Positions 1-8,772 of a stretch of DNA of 59,789 bases are shown here, piece by piece; within the stretch, counting starts at the first letter, position 1; each line of letters starts with the position of its first letter. A model generated the notes under the pieces. That model saw nothing but the letters and a program-made list of their open reading frames with translations. It was not told the origin of the DNA and did not search any database. The DNA comes from Thermodesulfobacteriota bacterium (lineage in GTDB: Bacteria; Desulfobacterota_D; UBA1144; Nemesobacterales; Nemesobacteraceae), in NCBI GenBank assembly GCA_047518015.1, contig JAKZRS010000016.1, positions 1 through 59,789 of the forward strand, given 5' to 3'. The position numbers were made by a program, and so were the translations under genes.

Positions 1-924
1 AACGATAACCAAAAGCGCTCCTTTCTTTTTTCCGATCCTGTTCCTGCTAATCCAGGTTTTTCCGATTAGTAATGCGAAAATAAGGGTAAGCAGAATAAGA
101 AATGCGAATTCGGATGTGTTTCCGAACATATTCCGGTTTACATCTACGGGCCGGATAACTGCCACAAGACCCAAATACCCGAGGTTAAAGAAGTTGCTCC
201 CTATTATGTTGCCCACGACTATGTTCTGCTCTTTTCTCCACGCGGCTGCAAGAGAAGCGCTAAGTTCTGGAAGTGAAGTTCCGAGGGCAATCACCGTTAC
301 GCCTATGAACAGTTCACTTATTCCGAGCTGCCCGGCGATATTTATCGCGCTGCTAACCAGAAGGTGTGCGCTTCCCGCCAAAAGAGTGGAACCCAAAACC
401 GCGTAGAAAAGAAGTTTCCACCCGCCGTCACCTTGTAGAGTGGACGGAACCTCGTTTCTTTTTTCCCTTGATTTTCCGTAGTGAACGAACAAAAAGACGG
501 CAAGTAGAGAAAACAGCAGTATTCCTTCGCCTCTTCCGATGGAGAATCCCGCGCGGCTGAGACCGTAAGCGGCAAAAGTCATAAACACCACAAAAACAAG
601 CGGAAGCCTCTGTTCTTTCCACGCATCCTTGCTCATCACTATAGGACTTATAAGGACCGTCAAGCCGAAAATAAGCCCTATATTAGCGATATTGCTCCCG
701 ACCATGTTTCCGACCGCTATATCGCTTGAACCCTCTATGACTGCCACAAGGCAAACTACGAATTCGGGCATGGAAGTTCCGAGAGCTACCACGGTGAATC
801 CTGCGAGAAAACCACCCATGCCAGTGAACTTTGCGATTCCCGATGCGCTTTTAACGAGAAGCTCTCCCCCTCTCCAGAGAATCACCAAACTCAGGATAAA
901 AATCAGCAGATTTGAAATTTCCAT
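1..924 (-). CDS. Ca2+/Na+ antiporter, CaCA (YrbG-like) family; C-terminal end lies outside the window
   Basis: Absent from the ORF track because there is no stop in the window. The minus frame has no stop from 957 down to 1, with ATG at 924-922. Own translation: MEISNLLIFILSLVILWRGGELLVKSASGIAKFTGMGGFLAGFTVVALGTSMPEF...VGNMVGSNIANIG... then ...IGVTVIALGTSLPELSASL...VGNIIGSNFFNLG. This is the duplicated alpha-repeat signature (GTS-x-PE plus GSN) of CaCA exchangers. Confidence 0.85.
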   Translation of the reverse strand, partial: MEISNLLIFILSLVILWRGGELLVKSASGIAKFTGMGGFLAGFTVVALGTSMPEFVVCLVAVIEGSSDIAVGNMVGSNIANIGLIFGLTVLISPIVMSKDAWKEQRLPLVFVVFMTFAAYGLSRAGFSIGRGEGILLFSLLAVFLFVHYGKSREKRNEVPSTLQGDGGWKLLFYAVLGSTLLAGSAHLLVSSAINIAGQLGISELFIGVTVIALGTSLPELSASLAAAWRKEQNIVVGNIIGSNFFNLGYLGLVAVIRPVDVNRNMFGNTSEFAFLILLTLIFALLIGKTWISRNRIGKKKGALLVIV

Positions 925-996
925 ATGTTCAGAAGCAGAATTGAGGCCGTATCCGGCAGGTTAGGAGTTTTTTCAAGAACCGGGAAAAAACAAGGT

Positions 997-1025
997 TTGC
1001 AATGAAGCACCGATTACCCTATAAT
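997..1025 (+). promoter_or_regulatory. sigma-70-type promoter candidate for the acyl-CoA ligase gene
   Basis: TTGCAA (997-1002), 17-nt spacer, TATAAT (1020-1025). AGGAGG at 1078-1083 precedes ATG 1093. Confidence 0.4.
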
Positions 1026-1092
1026 ACTTTGGGTTTTTTTATTGCCTTTTTTCATTTCCAAGCAACACAAACTGTTCAGGAGGTTACAGTAA

Positions 1093-2814
1093 ATGCAATT
1101 ATTATTCAAACCGCGCGAAGCTACCTATCTGGGAAGTGGAGATCTTCCTTTCGGCAAATTTGAGGACACTTTGCTGTGGGAACCAATAACTAGAAATCTT
1201 GAAAAAGGTGCCGAAAGTTTTCCGGAAAAAGCGATGTTCAAGGTCGGAGACAGGGACGGAAACGTCGTCGAAAGCTACACTTACGCGGAGACCAACGCCT
1301 GGGCAAACAGGGTGGCAAATGGTCTTTCCAAGGGATTCGGCATAAACAAAGGGGACAAAGTCGGCATGTACATGCTTAACTGTTCCGAGCACGTGGTATC
1401 GATTATAGCCATACACAAATGCGGCGGCGTGCAGGTTCCTATAAACAAGGATGAAAAAGGGGAAAGACTTGCCTACGTGATCAACTATTCGGACATGAGA
1501 GCTCTTGTTATTGACGAGGGAAGCATCTCTTTCATAGAAGAAATTGGCGACAGCATTGATCATCTCGAAGTGGTTTTCGTAACGGTTGACAATCCTCCTG
1601 AAAAAATTGGGGGCATAAAAGCCCTTTCTTTCTCAGAATTCGATAAATACGACGACACCAATACCGGGGTGGAGGTCACTACCGCGGACATGGAGAGATG
1701 CATGTTCACATCCGGTACCACCGGTATGCCCAAGGGGGTTGCCAGGGATCACGGAGGAGTGATCATGACGGTCCGTTCTTATATTCAGCAGCAGGGAATA
1801 AGGAGCGATGACGTGCTTATGAGCATACTTTCTCTCGGCCACGCAAACGCTCAGGTCATGTGTCTTTTCAGCGCCATGGCGTCCGGGGCCACTGCCGTGT
1901 TTTTCCCGAGGTTCTCCGCTTCCAATTTCTGGAGATGGGCGGCCGGATGCGGCGCGACATCCGTTAACATGCTGGGAGCGGTTGCCGAGTACCTGTGGGC
2001 GGCACCCGAGAGCGAGTGGGATCATAAACACAGCGTAAGAATAATGCTGGGTTCCCCGGCTCCGAGAAACTTAAAGGAGTTTCAGGAAAGATTCGGAGTC
2101 AGGGTAATAGATGGGTACGGCTCGACCGAGATGGGCATGGTTCTTTGGAAAGATCCCGAAGATCATCGTCCTAGCTCGTCTGGTTTTCCTATGGAGGGAT
2201 ATTACGTGGAACTCAGAGACCCCGAAGACACCGATACCGTTGTAAGGGCGTTTTGGGATCCTACAGACGACATTACTCCTCCTGATGATGCCAAGGGGCT
2301 TCTTTTCGTAAAGCCGCTTGTTCCGCATACGACCCTAAATGAATATTTCAAGGACGCGAGAAGAACCAGAGAGGCGTTTGATCAGGACGGTTTCTTCAAC
2401 TCCGACGATATCTTCGCGAAGGGTATCGACGGGAGATACTATTTTGTCGGAAGGTTCAGCCGCATCAGGGTTTCAGGCGAAAACGTGGATCCGGTAGCCG
2501 TGGGAGACGAGGCGATGCTCTACCCTGCGATTCAGGAAGCTATAGCGGTCGGGGTAAGGCTTCCGAACGTTTCAGATGACGAGATCAAGCTCTGCGTGAC
2601 GCTCCAGGCAGGCGAGGAATTCGATCCGATCGAGTTCTCCAAATGGATGGCTGAAAGGGTTATGGTGGCCATGGTGCCCAGGTTTATAGAGGTTTACGAC
2701 GAGGGTTTCCCGGTAACCGCAACTCAGAAGGTCAAGGTCGCCGAAATAAAGGAAATCACGGACAATACCTGGGACAGAAGTAAATCGGGTCTTAGATTAA
2801 GCTCAAGAAAGTAA
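1093..2814 (+). CDS. AMP-dependent synthetase/ligase (acyl-CoA ligase, FadD/CaiC-like)
   Basis: 573-aa ORF with AMP-binding signature MFTSGTTGMPKGV and GYGSTE motif; strong SD. Confidence 0.85.
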   Translation: MQLLFKPREATYLGSGDLPFGKFEDTLLWEPITRNLEKGAESFPEKAMFKVGDRDGNVVESYTYAETNAWANRVANGLSKGFGINKGDKVGMYMLNCSEHVVSIIAIHKCGGVQVPINKDEKGERLAYVINYSDMRALVIDEGSISFIEEIGDSIDHLEVVFVTVDNPPEKIGGIKALSFSEFDKYDDTNTGVEVTTADMERCMFTSGTTGMPKGVARDHGGVIMTVRSYIQQQGIRSDDVLMSILSLGHANAQVMCLFSAMASGATAVFFPRFSASNFWRWAAGCGATSVNMLGAVAEYLWAAPESEWDHKHSVRIMLGSPAPRNLKEFQERFGVRVIDGYGSTEMGMVLWKDPEDHRPSSSGFPMEGYYVELRDPEDTDTVVRAFWDPTDDITPPDDAKGLLFVKPLVPHTTLNEYFKDARRTREAFDQDGFFNSDDIFAKGIDGRYYFVGRFSRIRVSGENVDPVAVGDEAMLYPAIQEAIAVGVRLPNVSDDEIKLCVTLQAGEEFDPIEFSKWMAERVMVAMVPRFIEVYDEGFPVTATQKVKVAEIKEITDNTWDRSKSGLRLSSRK

Positions 2815-2828
2815 TTTTCCGTTTATCC

Positions 2829-3293
2829 GTGACCGGGCAGTCTGACGAAAGTATTATGGCCTTGGCTATTGGGGAAGCCGAGCGGGCCGCTTCGGCGGGC
2901 GAGGTTCCGGTCGGGGCTGTTATAGTCGGTGGAGACGGGGCCGTAATCGCAGCCGCCCATAACCTGCGGGAATCCGCCTCGGATTCGACCGCCCACGCCG
3001 AGATTCTGGCTATAAGACGCGCATGCGGGGTTGTTGGGAACTGGAGACTTTCCGGTACTTCTATTTACGTCACTCTCGAGCCCTGTGCCATGTGCATGGG
3101 AGCCATAGTTAACGCGAGAATAGACAGGGTGGTGTTCGGCGCTCTTGACCCCAAGGGCGGGGCGCTTGTAAGCAATTTCGGAATCGGCGCCGGAGGGGAA
3201 CTCAATCACCGGGTGGAATTTTCAGGGGGAGTCTGCGGCAAGCAGTGCGCACGCATTCTTGAGGATTTCTTCAGGACGCTTCGGGGCCCTTGA
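2829..3293 (+). CDS. tadA: tRNA-specific adenosine deaminase
   Basis: HAEILAIR and TLEPCAMCMGA zinc-binding deaminase motifs. N-terminus DESIMALAIGEAERA...GEVPVGAVIV is typical of TadA. GTG start. Confidence 0.85.
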   Translation: MTGQSDESIMALAIGEAERAASAGEVPVGAVIVGGDGAVIAAAHNLRESASDSTAHAEILAIRRACGVVGNWRLSGTSIYVTLEPCAMCMGAIVNARIDRVVFGALDPKGGALVSNFGIGAGGELNHRVEFSGGVCGKQCARILEDFFRTLRGP

Positions 3294-3945
3294 ACTCAGG
3301 CTGCGGACTTACGATGATTTTTTTCGAGTCGCCTTCGCTCGGGACAGTTTCGTACTTTATGTCTTCTTGCTTGTTTAGTTCAATGTAGGCCATTTTTCTT
3401 TCGTAGGACGAGAGCTGCTCGATTGAGTGAGAGGTTCCGCTCTGCTTTACCTTCTGTATCGTCTCGGCGACTTTTTTCGGCACGTCAGAGTCCTTTTTTT
3501 TGCCCTCGTATCCGGCAACGTTTATAGCAACCCGTTTGCTCTTTCCCTCGTTGCTGTTTTTCGAAGCTATCTTTCCGACTATGTACTCAAGAGATTTTAC
3601 CATCTCCCCGTTTTTTCCTATAAGGAATTTCTTGTCTTTCACGTGCCATACTTCCAGTATTATCCTGCTTTCGGTCTCCTCGGTTTTGACGCTCTGCGGA
3701 GTTGAAAACAGAAATCCCAGAATGGTTTCAAGAGTTTTTTTCGCCCGAAAGGCCTTTTCGCTTAATCCGCCCGTTTTTATCTCTACCCTGACTATGGCTT
3801 TCCTGCCGCCTATTCCCCAAATCCCCTTGGAGCTTTCCCTGATTACTTCGATTTCCACTTCTTCTTTTGAGACTCCGAGCTCCTCGCAGGCGTTCACCAC
3901 AGCTTCGGAGATGGTTTTTCCTTGCTTTTCGATTACGCTGGCCAT
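3271..3945 (-). CDS. jag: Jag/KhpB-type RNA-binding protein (Jag_N, KH, degenerate R3H)
   Basis: 224 aa from ATG 3945, with GGAGG upstream, starting 3 nt after the yidC stop. Motifs: MASVIEKQGKTISEAV, KH-like FLIGKNGEMVKSLEYIV, C-terminal LSSYERKMAYIEL. The 355-aa track ORF is an in-frame upstream extension that overlaps yidC. Confidence 0.8.
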   Translation of the reverse strand: MASVIEKQGKTISEAVVNACEELGVSKEEVEIEVIRESSKGIWGIGGRKAIVRVEIKTGGLSEKAFRAKKTLETILGFLFSTPQSVKTEETESRIILEVWHVKDKKFLIGKNGEMVKSLEYIVGKIASKNSNEGKSKRVAINVAGYEGKKKDSDVPKKVAETIQKVKQSGTSHSIEQLSSYERKMAYIELNKQEDIKYETVPSEGDSKKIIVSPQPEFKGPEAS

Positions 3946-3947
3946 TG

Positions 3948-5615
3948 TTATCCTCCTTCTTCCGGAACCTGTCGATTGATGTACAGTTGCTGACCGACGG
4001 AAAGAATATTGCTCACGGTCCAGTAAAGAATCAGACCGGATGGCAGGCTCCAGAACATTACAGTAAAAATTATAGGCATAAACTGCATGAGTTTCATCTG
4101 CATTTCCATTGTTTCGCTTCCCGGAGAGGTCATGGGGGTGAGTTTCTGCGAAAGAAACCACGACACACCCATCAAAATGGGCAGTATCCGAAACGGTATT
4201 CCCATCACATCGAACAAGTGTTCGGGCTGGGAGAGGTCGTTTACCCAGAGAAACGAACTGTGTCTTAAATCTATTGAATACAAAAGCGCGAAATAAAGGG
4301 CTATGAAAACGGGAAACTGTATTAGCAGGGGCAGACATCCCCCGAGACTGCTGAGAGGGTTTATATTGTTGCTCGTGTAAACCTTCATCGTTTCAGCTTG
4401 CTGGGTCGACTTGTCGTCCTTGTATTTTTCTTTTATAGCGTCAATTTCGGGTTTTAGCCTCTTCATCTTGTTCTGAACGCCTTTCATAGATTTCATGCTT
4501 TTCACGGTCAGTGGAAGGAATACCACCCTGAGAAGGATCGTAAGCACTATTATGGAGATTCCGAAGTTGCTGAAAAAGTTGTTGACGAACTTAAGCAGCA
4601 CGACGGCGATCTTGGTAAGTGATCCTACGTAACCGTAGTCAATGGATTTCTCAAGGTTGTATCCGGCTTGCTGCAGGTCCGGTTCGTTTTTCGGACCGAA
4701 ATACGATTTCCATCCGACCTTGTAGCTTTTTCCCGCGGCCGTTCTCTGCTCCGGGTAGGAAAAACCTGCCCCGGCGAGACCTTTTGAGTCGAGGGGTTGC
4801 AGGTAGAGTCCTTGGTCTCCTCCTATTTCCGGCAGAAACGCGCCAAGAAAATATTTGTCGCCAAAACCGAACCAGTTTACCTCTCCGTTATACGTCTTGG
4901 TTTCCTTCAAGGGTTTTTTGGTTCGCTTGACCTCGCCTCCGACCATGGAGATAAATTCGTAAAGGGTGCTTGAACCGCTTTCATATACTGTGTTTTCCCA
5001 GCCGACGTATACCTTCTGGGTTATCTGTCTCTGTGTTCCGTTGAGGACCTCGAGATTTTCCTTTATGAAATATTTACCGGGGTAAAAGGAAAAGGTTTTT
5101 CTGACCGAAAGTCCGCCCGGTTTTTCCCAGACCAGACTGACTTCAAGCCCCTCGGGGCCCACGACCAGGTTCCTATCCCCTTTATAGGAAAACGGGATTA
5201 GCTCCGGCATTTTTTCGTTCTTGACTCTAAGGATGGTGTCAAACGATTTTTTCCCTTCATTTATAACTCCCACAGGCACGGAATCCGTCTCGACTGTCTT
5301 TTTGTATTCCGCAAGGGTCCATCCGACCACCTTTCCCCCCAGAGTGTCTATCTCGGCGGTGTAAAGGTCAGATTTTACTTTTATGATCTTGGGAACATAG
5401 GAAGATGCTACGGGTTCAAATTCCGTCGGGAGTTTCCGTACGGAGCTTGTTTCTCCGGAAAAATTCTCCCCGACAGCAGGTGCTGACTCAGGGTTATCTA
5501 TTTTTGCGGGGGGCGCTTCCTTGGTGGTTTCTGCGAAAAACGCTGAGTAACCGACTATTACGAGTACTGACAATACCAGAAATACAATATAGTTTTTCTT
5601 GAGGCTGCTGTTCAT
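3948..5615 (-). CDS. yidC: membrane protein insertase YidC
   Basis: 555 aa. N-terminal TM, large periplasmic domain, and conserved C-terminal core (LPLTVKSMKSMK, NPLSSLGGCLPLLIQFPVFIALY). Confidence 0.95.
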   Translation of the reverse strand: MNSSLKKNYIVFLVLSVLVIVGYSAFFAETTKEAPPAKIDNPESAPAVGENFSGETSSVRKLPTEFEPVASSYVPKIIKVKSDLYTAEIDTLGGKVVGWTLAEYKKTVETDSVPVGVINEGKKSFDTILRVKNEKMPELIPFSYKGDRNLVVGPEGLEVSLVWEKPGGLSVRKTFSFYPGKYFIKENLEVLNGTQRQITQKVYVGWENTVYESGSSTLYEFISMVGGEVKRTKKPLKETKTYNGEVNWFGFGDKYFLGAFLPEIGGDQGLYLQPLDSKGLAGAGFSYPEQRTAAGKSYKVGWKSYFGPKNEPDLQQAGYNLEKSIDYGYVGSLTKIAVVLLKFVNNFFSNFGISIIVLTILLRVVFLPLTVKSMKSMKGVQNKMKRLKPEIDAIKEKYKDDKSTQQAETMKVYTSNNINPLSSLGGCLPLLIQFPVFIALYFALLYSIDLRHSSFLWVNDLSQPEHLFDVMGIPFRILPILMGVSWFLSQKLTPMTSPGSETMEMQMKLMQFMPIIFTVMFWSLPSGLILYWTVSNILSVGQQLYINRQVPEEGG

Positions 5616-5812
5616 ATGCTATTTCTTCAGGGTTTTATCTAGGGTGTGGGGCGCTATCGTGATTTACGCGAAACACTTGTGAAACCGCTCCCGTTTTCTG
5701 TGCGTAATCCTAGCATGGAGGTAGGAAATTAAAGAGTAAGAATTCATGCAAGCAATAATACACTATAAGTTTCAATAGGAATAGACCGTTTTTTGCCCCC
5801 TCCCCAACCTGC

Positions 5813-6049
5813 TTACCGCTTTTTTTTCCTTACGGGGTCATATCCTCCCGCGCTTAGCGGATGGCATCGCAATATTCTTTTAAGAGTCATCCAGATTCCC
5901 GTAAAAGCTCCGTGTTCCTTGAGAGCTTCAATCGAATACGCTGAGCAGCTGGGATGGAACCTGCAGGTTGAGGGAAGCAGGGGGGAAATTGCTCTCTGGT
6001 ATATTCTTACCAGAAAGACAAGGAATCTGACTGCGGGGTTTCTTTTCAT
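5813..6049 (-). CDS. yidD: membrane protein insertion efficiency factor YidD
   Basis: 78 aa with the hallmark [35 protein letters not shown] overlap with the rnpA stop. Confidence 0.9.
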   Translation of the reverse strand: MKRNPAVRFLVFLVRIYQRAISPLLPSTCRFHPSCSAYSIEALKEHGAFTGIWMTLKRILRCHPLSAGGYDPVRKKKR

Positions 6050-6405
6050 TTAATGCGGCTTGCGAGCTTTTTTATCTCCGAGCAAAGTTCTGAAGACTTT
6101 TTATCCGATACGTCATTTTTTACTACGAACACCACGTCGTTTGAGGAAAACGCAGGTTTGTTTTTCCTGAAGACTTCCCTCAACACCCTTTTCATCCTGT
6201 TTCTCCTGACGGAACTTGCCGATGCTTTTTTGCCTACGGACACTCCTAGACGGGGGAAACCCAGAGAATTGGGTTTTACGTAGAGTATAAAGTTTTGCGA
6301 ATGGGTTTTTGTGCCTTCCGCAAGTATGTCGCGAAAGTCGCTGGATGCTTTTATCTTGAATTTTGGAGGGAATGAGTTATCGGACTCAAGTGCTACTTCT
6401 TCCAT
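6046..6405 (-). CDS. rnpA: ribonuclease P protein component
   Basis: 119 aa from ATG 6405: [28 protein letters not shown]...[25 protein letters not shown] (RNR motif). The 178-aa track ORF is an upstream extension running through rpmH in another frame. Confidence 0.8.
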   Translation of the reverse strand: MEEVALESDNSFPPKFKIKASSDFRDILAEGTKTHSQNFILYVKPNSLGFPRLGVSVGKKASASSVRRNRMKRVLREVFRKNKPAFSSNDVVFVVKNDVSDKKSSELCSEIKKLASRIK

Positions 6406-6542
6406 CTCCCAACCGTGAGAACGTGCCTTCCCCTGGCCGTTCTTCTCCTGAGTACGCTCCTTCCTCCCTTCGTGCTTAGCCTCGCGCGGAACCCATGAGT
6501 TCTCAGCCTCTTTTTTACGTGCGGTTGATAAGTCCTTTTCAT
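6393..6542 (-). CDS. rpmH: 50S ribosomal protein L34
   Basis: Below the ORF-track size cutoff. Own translation: [49 protein letters not shown] followed by TAG. Canonical L34, in canonical position upstream of rnpA. Confidence 0.9.
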   Translation of the reverse strand: MKRTYQPHVKKRLRTHGFRARLSTKGGRSVLRRRTARGRHVLTVGRWKK

Positions 6543-6621
6543 AGTGGGGGGTCAGAATAACACGTAAGGATTTGAAGGTCAAGAAGATCGGATGGTTCGG
6601 AATCCGGTGCCAGGGTGCAAA

Positions 6622-6646
6622 TTGACAACAAACAAGTTGTTGTCAA
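6622..6646. promoter_or_regulatory. perfect 25-bp palindrome TTGACAACAA-ACAAG-TTGTTGTCAA; its left end doubles as a -35 box
   Basis: 10-nt arms are exact reverse complements. TTGACA (6622-6627), 17-nt spacer, AATAAT (6645-6650) would form a + strand promoter toward oadG. Confidence 0.4.
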
Positions 6647-6649
6647 TAA

Positions 6650-6663
6650 TTGATAGCTATCAA
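6650..6663. promoter_or_regulatory. perfect FNR/CRP-family consensus box TTGAT-AGCT-ATCAA
   Basis: TTGATAGCTATCAA matches the established FNR consensus TTGAT-N4-ATCAA at 10 of 10 defined positions. It lies in the rpmH/oadG divergent intergenic region, with its centre about 40 nt upstream of the oadG ATG. Confidence 0.5.
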
Positions 6664-6695
6664 ATTCAAATGGTTTTTGAGATTCTTCGTTCACT

Positions 6696-6920
6696 ATGAT
6701 CCTTGAAGGCGTAAAACTTATGGTCATCGGTATGGTCATAGTATATGTTTTTCTCCTTGTCTTGATGCTGAGCGTGAAACTATCCGCGAGGCTTTTTAAA
6801 GACAGCGGTGCTCGTGCGTCTTCGGATGCCGCGGCGTCTGCTAAATCCCGTAGGGACGTAATCCCGGTCATAGCCGCAGCGGTTGCGGCCTACAGGGCAA
6901 AACATGCCGGCGACGGCTGA
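6696..6920 (+). CDS. oadG: oxaloacetate decarboxylase gamma subunit
   Basis: 74 aa. N-terminal MILEGVKLMVIGMVIVYVFLLVLM helix typical of OadG, Ala-rich tail, directly upstream of oadA and oadB. Confidence 0.7.
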   Translation: MILEGVKLMVIGMVIVYVFLLVLMLSVKLSARLFKDSGARASSDAAASAKSRRDVIPVIAAAVAAYRAKHAGDG

Positions 6921-6944
6921 TCTTGAAAACCCCGTGGTCTTGTC

Positions 6945-8768
6945 ATGAAGAAAATCTTATTTCAGGATACATCGTTTCGCGACGGATTTCAGTCCGTTTT
7001 CGGCGCGAGAGTGCTTACAGAAGACTTTATCCCGGCGGTTGAAGCCGCCAGAGAAGCCGGAATAACCCACTTCGAGGCGGGCGGGGGAGCCAGGTTCCAG
7101 AGCCTGTTTCTTTACTGCGGAGAGTCTGCTTTTGACATGATGGACCGCTTCCGAGAGGCGGCGGGGCCGGATGCCAACCTCCAGACGCTTGCAAGGGGGA
7201 TCAACGTGGTCGCCCTGTCCCAGCAGCCGAAGGACATGATAGATCTTCACGCCAGGATGTTCAAGAAGCACGGTATAACTCACATAAGGAACTTCGACGC
7301 CTTAAACGACGTTAGAAACCTCGAGTACTCGGGTCAGTGCATAAGAAATGCGGGTCTGCATCACCAGGCAGTGGTAACGCTCATGGAGCTTCCTCCAGAC
7401 TGTGCCGGAGCCCACGACGTGGATTTCTATATAGACAGGCTAAAGAAAATACTCGATTCGGGACTTCCCTATGATTCCATATGCTTCAAGGACGCTTCGG
7501 GAACCTCAAATCCCAAAAAAGTTTACGAGACCCTGAAGGCCGCTAGAAAGCTGGTCGGAGAAAACGTCATTCTCTGGGTGCATACCCATGAGACGGCCGC
7601 TCAGGGAGTCAATCAGTACATGGCGGCCATAAACGGCGGGTGCGACGGGATCTGCGTCGCTAGAGCCCCTGTCTCGGGGGGAACTTCCCAGCCTGACCTG
7701 ATAGCCATGTGGAATGCCCTTAAAGGAACCGAATATACACTGGACGTGGACGTGAACAAGATTCTCGAGGCAAATTCCGTGTTCAAGGAATGCATGTCGG
7801 GCTATTATTTCCCGCCCGAAGCCCTTCGGGTCTCCTCGGAGGTTCTTCTCTCTCCGATGCCTGGCGGAGCGCTTACCGCGAACACCATGATGATGAGGGA
7901 CACGGGTACGCTGGATCTTTACCCGAAGGTGATCGAGGCGATGAGCGAATGCGTTGCCAAGGGAGGGTTCGGAACCTCTGTTACCCCTGTTTCCCAGTTT
8001 TATTTCCAGCAGGCCTACGCGAACGTCACGCAGGGACCCTGGAAGAGGATCACCGATGGTTACGGGAACATGGTGCTCGGCTACTTCGGACGCACGCCCG
8101 TCGAGCCCGACTCTGAAGTCGTGGCGATAGCGGAAGAGCAGATGGGCAAGCCGCGCTTTGAAGGCGACCCGCTCGACATACTCGAGCCCGGAATTCCGAA
8201 GGCAACCGAGATTCTTGAAAAAGAAGGCCTTCCTGTTACCGAGGAGAACATATTCATAGTCGGAGCGCTTCAGACTCAGGGCGGGAACAAGGGCCTTGAA
8301 TTTCTCAAGGGAAATTTTAGCGTCAACATCCGAAGGGAAGCGCCGGAGGAAAAGCCTGCGGCTTCGGGAAGACGCGGTCTCGGCACGAGCGTCGCGTCGA
8401 AGGTATCCGGCACCGGGGAGAACTTCGTGATTACGGTTGACGGAAGAAGCTACAACGTAACCGTAAAGGAAGGGACTTCAGAGGTTGCCTCGGTGACAGA
8501 AGCTCCCGCCGCGAAAACATCCTCCGCAATGGATGAAGATTCTCCCGATGTTGTGGCCGTTACGGCGAGCGTACCCGGCAACGTGTACAGGGTGGTCGTC
8601 GGGGCGGGGGACAAGGTAAAGGAAAATGAAACGCTGATTCTGCTTGAAGCCATGAAAATGGAAACTCCAGTTGCTTCTCCGTGCGACGGCGAAGTGGTGT
8701 CCGTTGAGGTTGAACAAGGAGAGGTTGTGGAAGCAGGTCAGCTTATCCTGACCATTCTTCCCTCTTGA
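6945..8768 (+). CDS. oadA: oxaloacetate decarboxylase alpha subunit (carboxyltransferase plus biotinyl domain)
   Basis: 607 aa. N-terminal HMGL-like/5S carboxyltransferase domain (FRDGFQS...), C-terminal biotinyl domain with EAMKMETPV. Flanked by oadG and oadB. Confidence 0.85.
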   Translation: MKKILFQDTSFRDGFQSVFGARVLTEDFIPAVEAAREAGITHFEAGGGARFQSLFLYCGESAFDMMDRFREAAGPDANLQTLARGINVVALSQQPKDMIDLHARMFKKHGITHIRNFDALNDVRNLEYSGQCIRNAGLHHQAVVTLMELPPDCAGAHDVDFYIDRLKKILDSGLPYDSICFKDASGTSNPKKVYETLKAARKLVGENVILWVHTHETAAQGVNQYMAAINGGCDGICVARAPVSGGTSQPDLIAMWNALKGTEYTLDVDVNKILEANSVFKECMSGYYFPPEALRVSSEVLLSPMPGGALTANTMMMRDTGTLDLYPKVIEAMSECVAKGGFGTSVTPVSQFYFQQAYANVTQGPWKRITDGYGNMVLGYFGRTPVEPDSEVVAIAEEQMGKPRFEGDPLDILEPGIPKATEILEKEGLPVTEENIFIVGALQTQGGNKGLEFLKGNFSVNIRREAPEEKPAASGRRGLGTSVASKVSGTGENFVITVDGRSYNVTVKEGTSEVASVTEAPAAKTSSAMDEDSPDVVAVTASVPGNVYRVVVGAGDKVKENETLILLEAMKMETPVASPCDGEVVSVEVEQGEVVEAGQLILTILPS

Positions 8769-8772
8769 GCGG

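Noticed and set aside
116-964. Plus-strand ORFs 116-406 and 629-964, and minus ORFs 342-575 and 428-622
   Set aside because: They are shadows or alternate frames of the edge-truncated CaCA antiporter gene on the minus strand.
3271-4338. 355-aa ORF in the track, apparently a large protein overlapping yidC
   Set aside because: Only the C-terminal 224 aa (from ATG 3945, with GGAGG SD) look like Jag. The N-terminal 131 aa are the 3' end of yidC read in another frame, with no protein-like features.
5616-5812. Unusually long (197-bp) spacer between yidD and yidC as a hiding place for a small gene or RNA
   Set aside because: The only minus-strand ATG ORF is about 26 codons with no SD and no recognisable product. 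No convincing promoter, terminator or conserved structure is seen.
6543-6695. oriC / DnaA-box cluster next to rpmH
   Set aside because: No TTATCCACA-type boxes (only 7/9 partial matches) and no AT-rich unwinding repeats. dnaA is not adjacent, so the origin is probably elsewhere.
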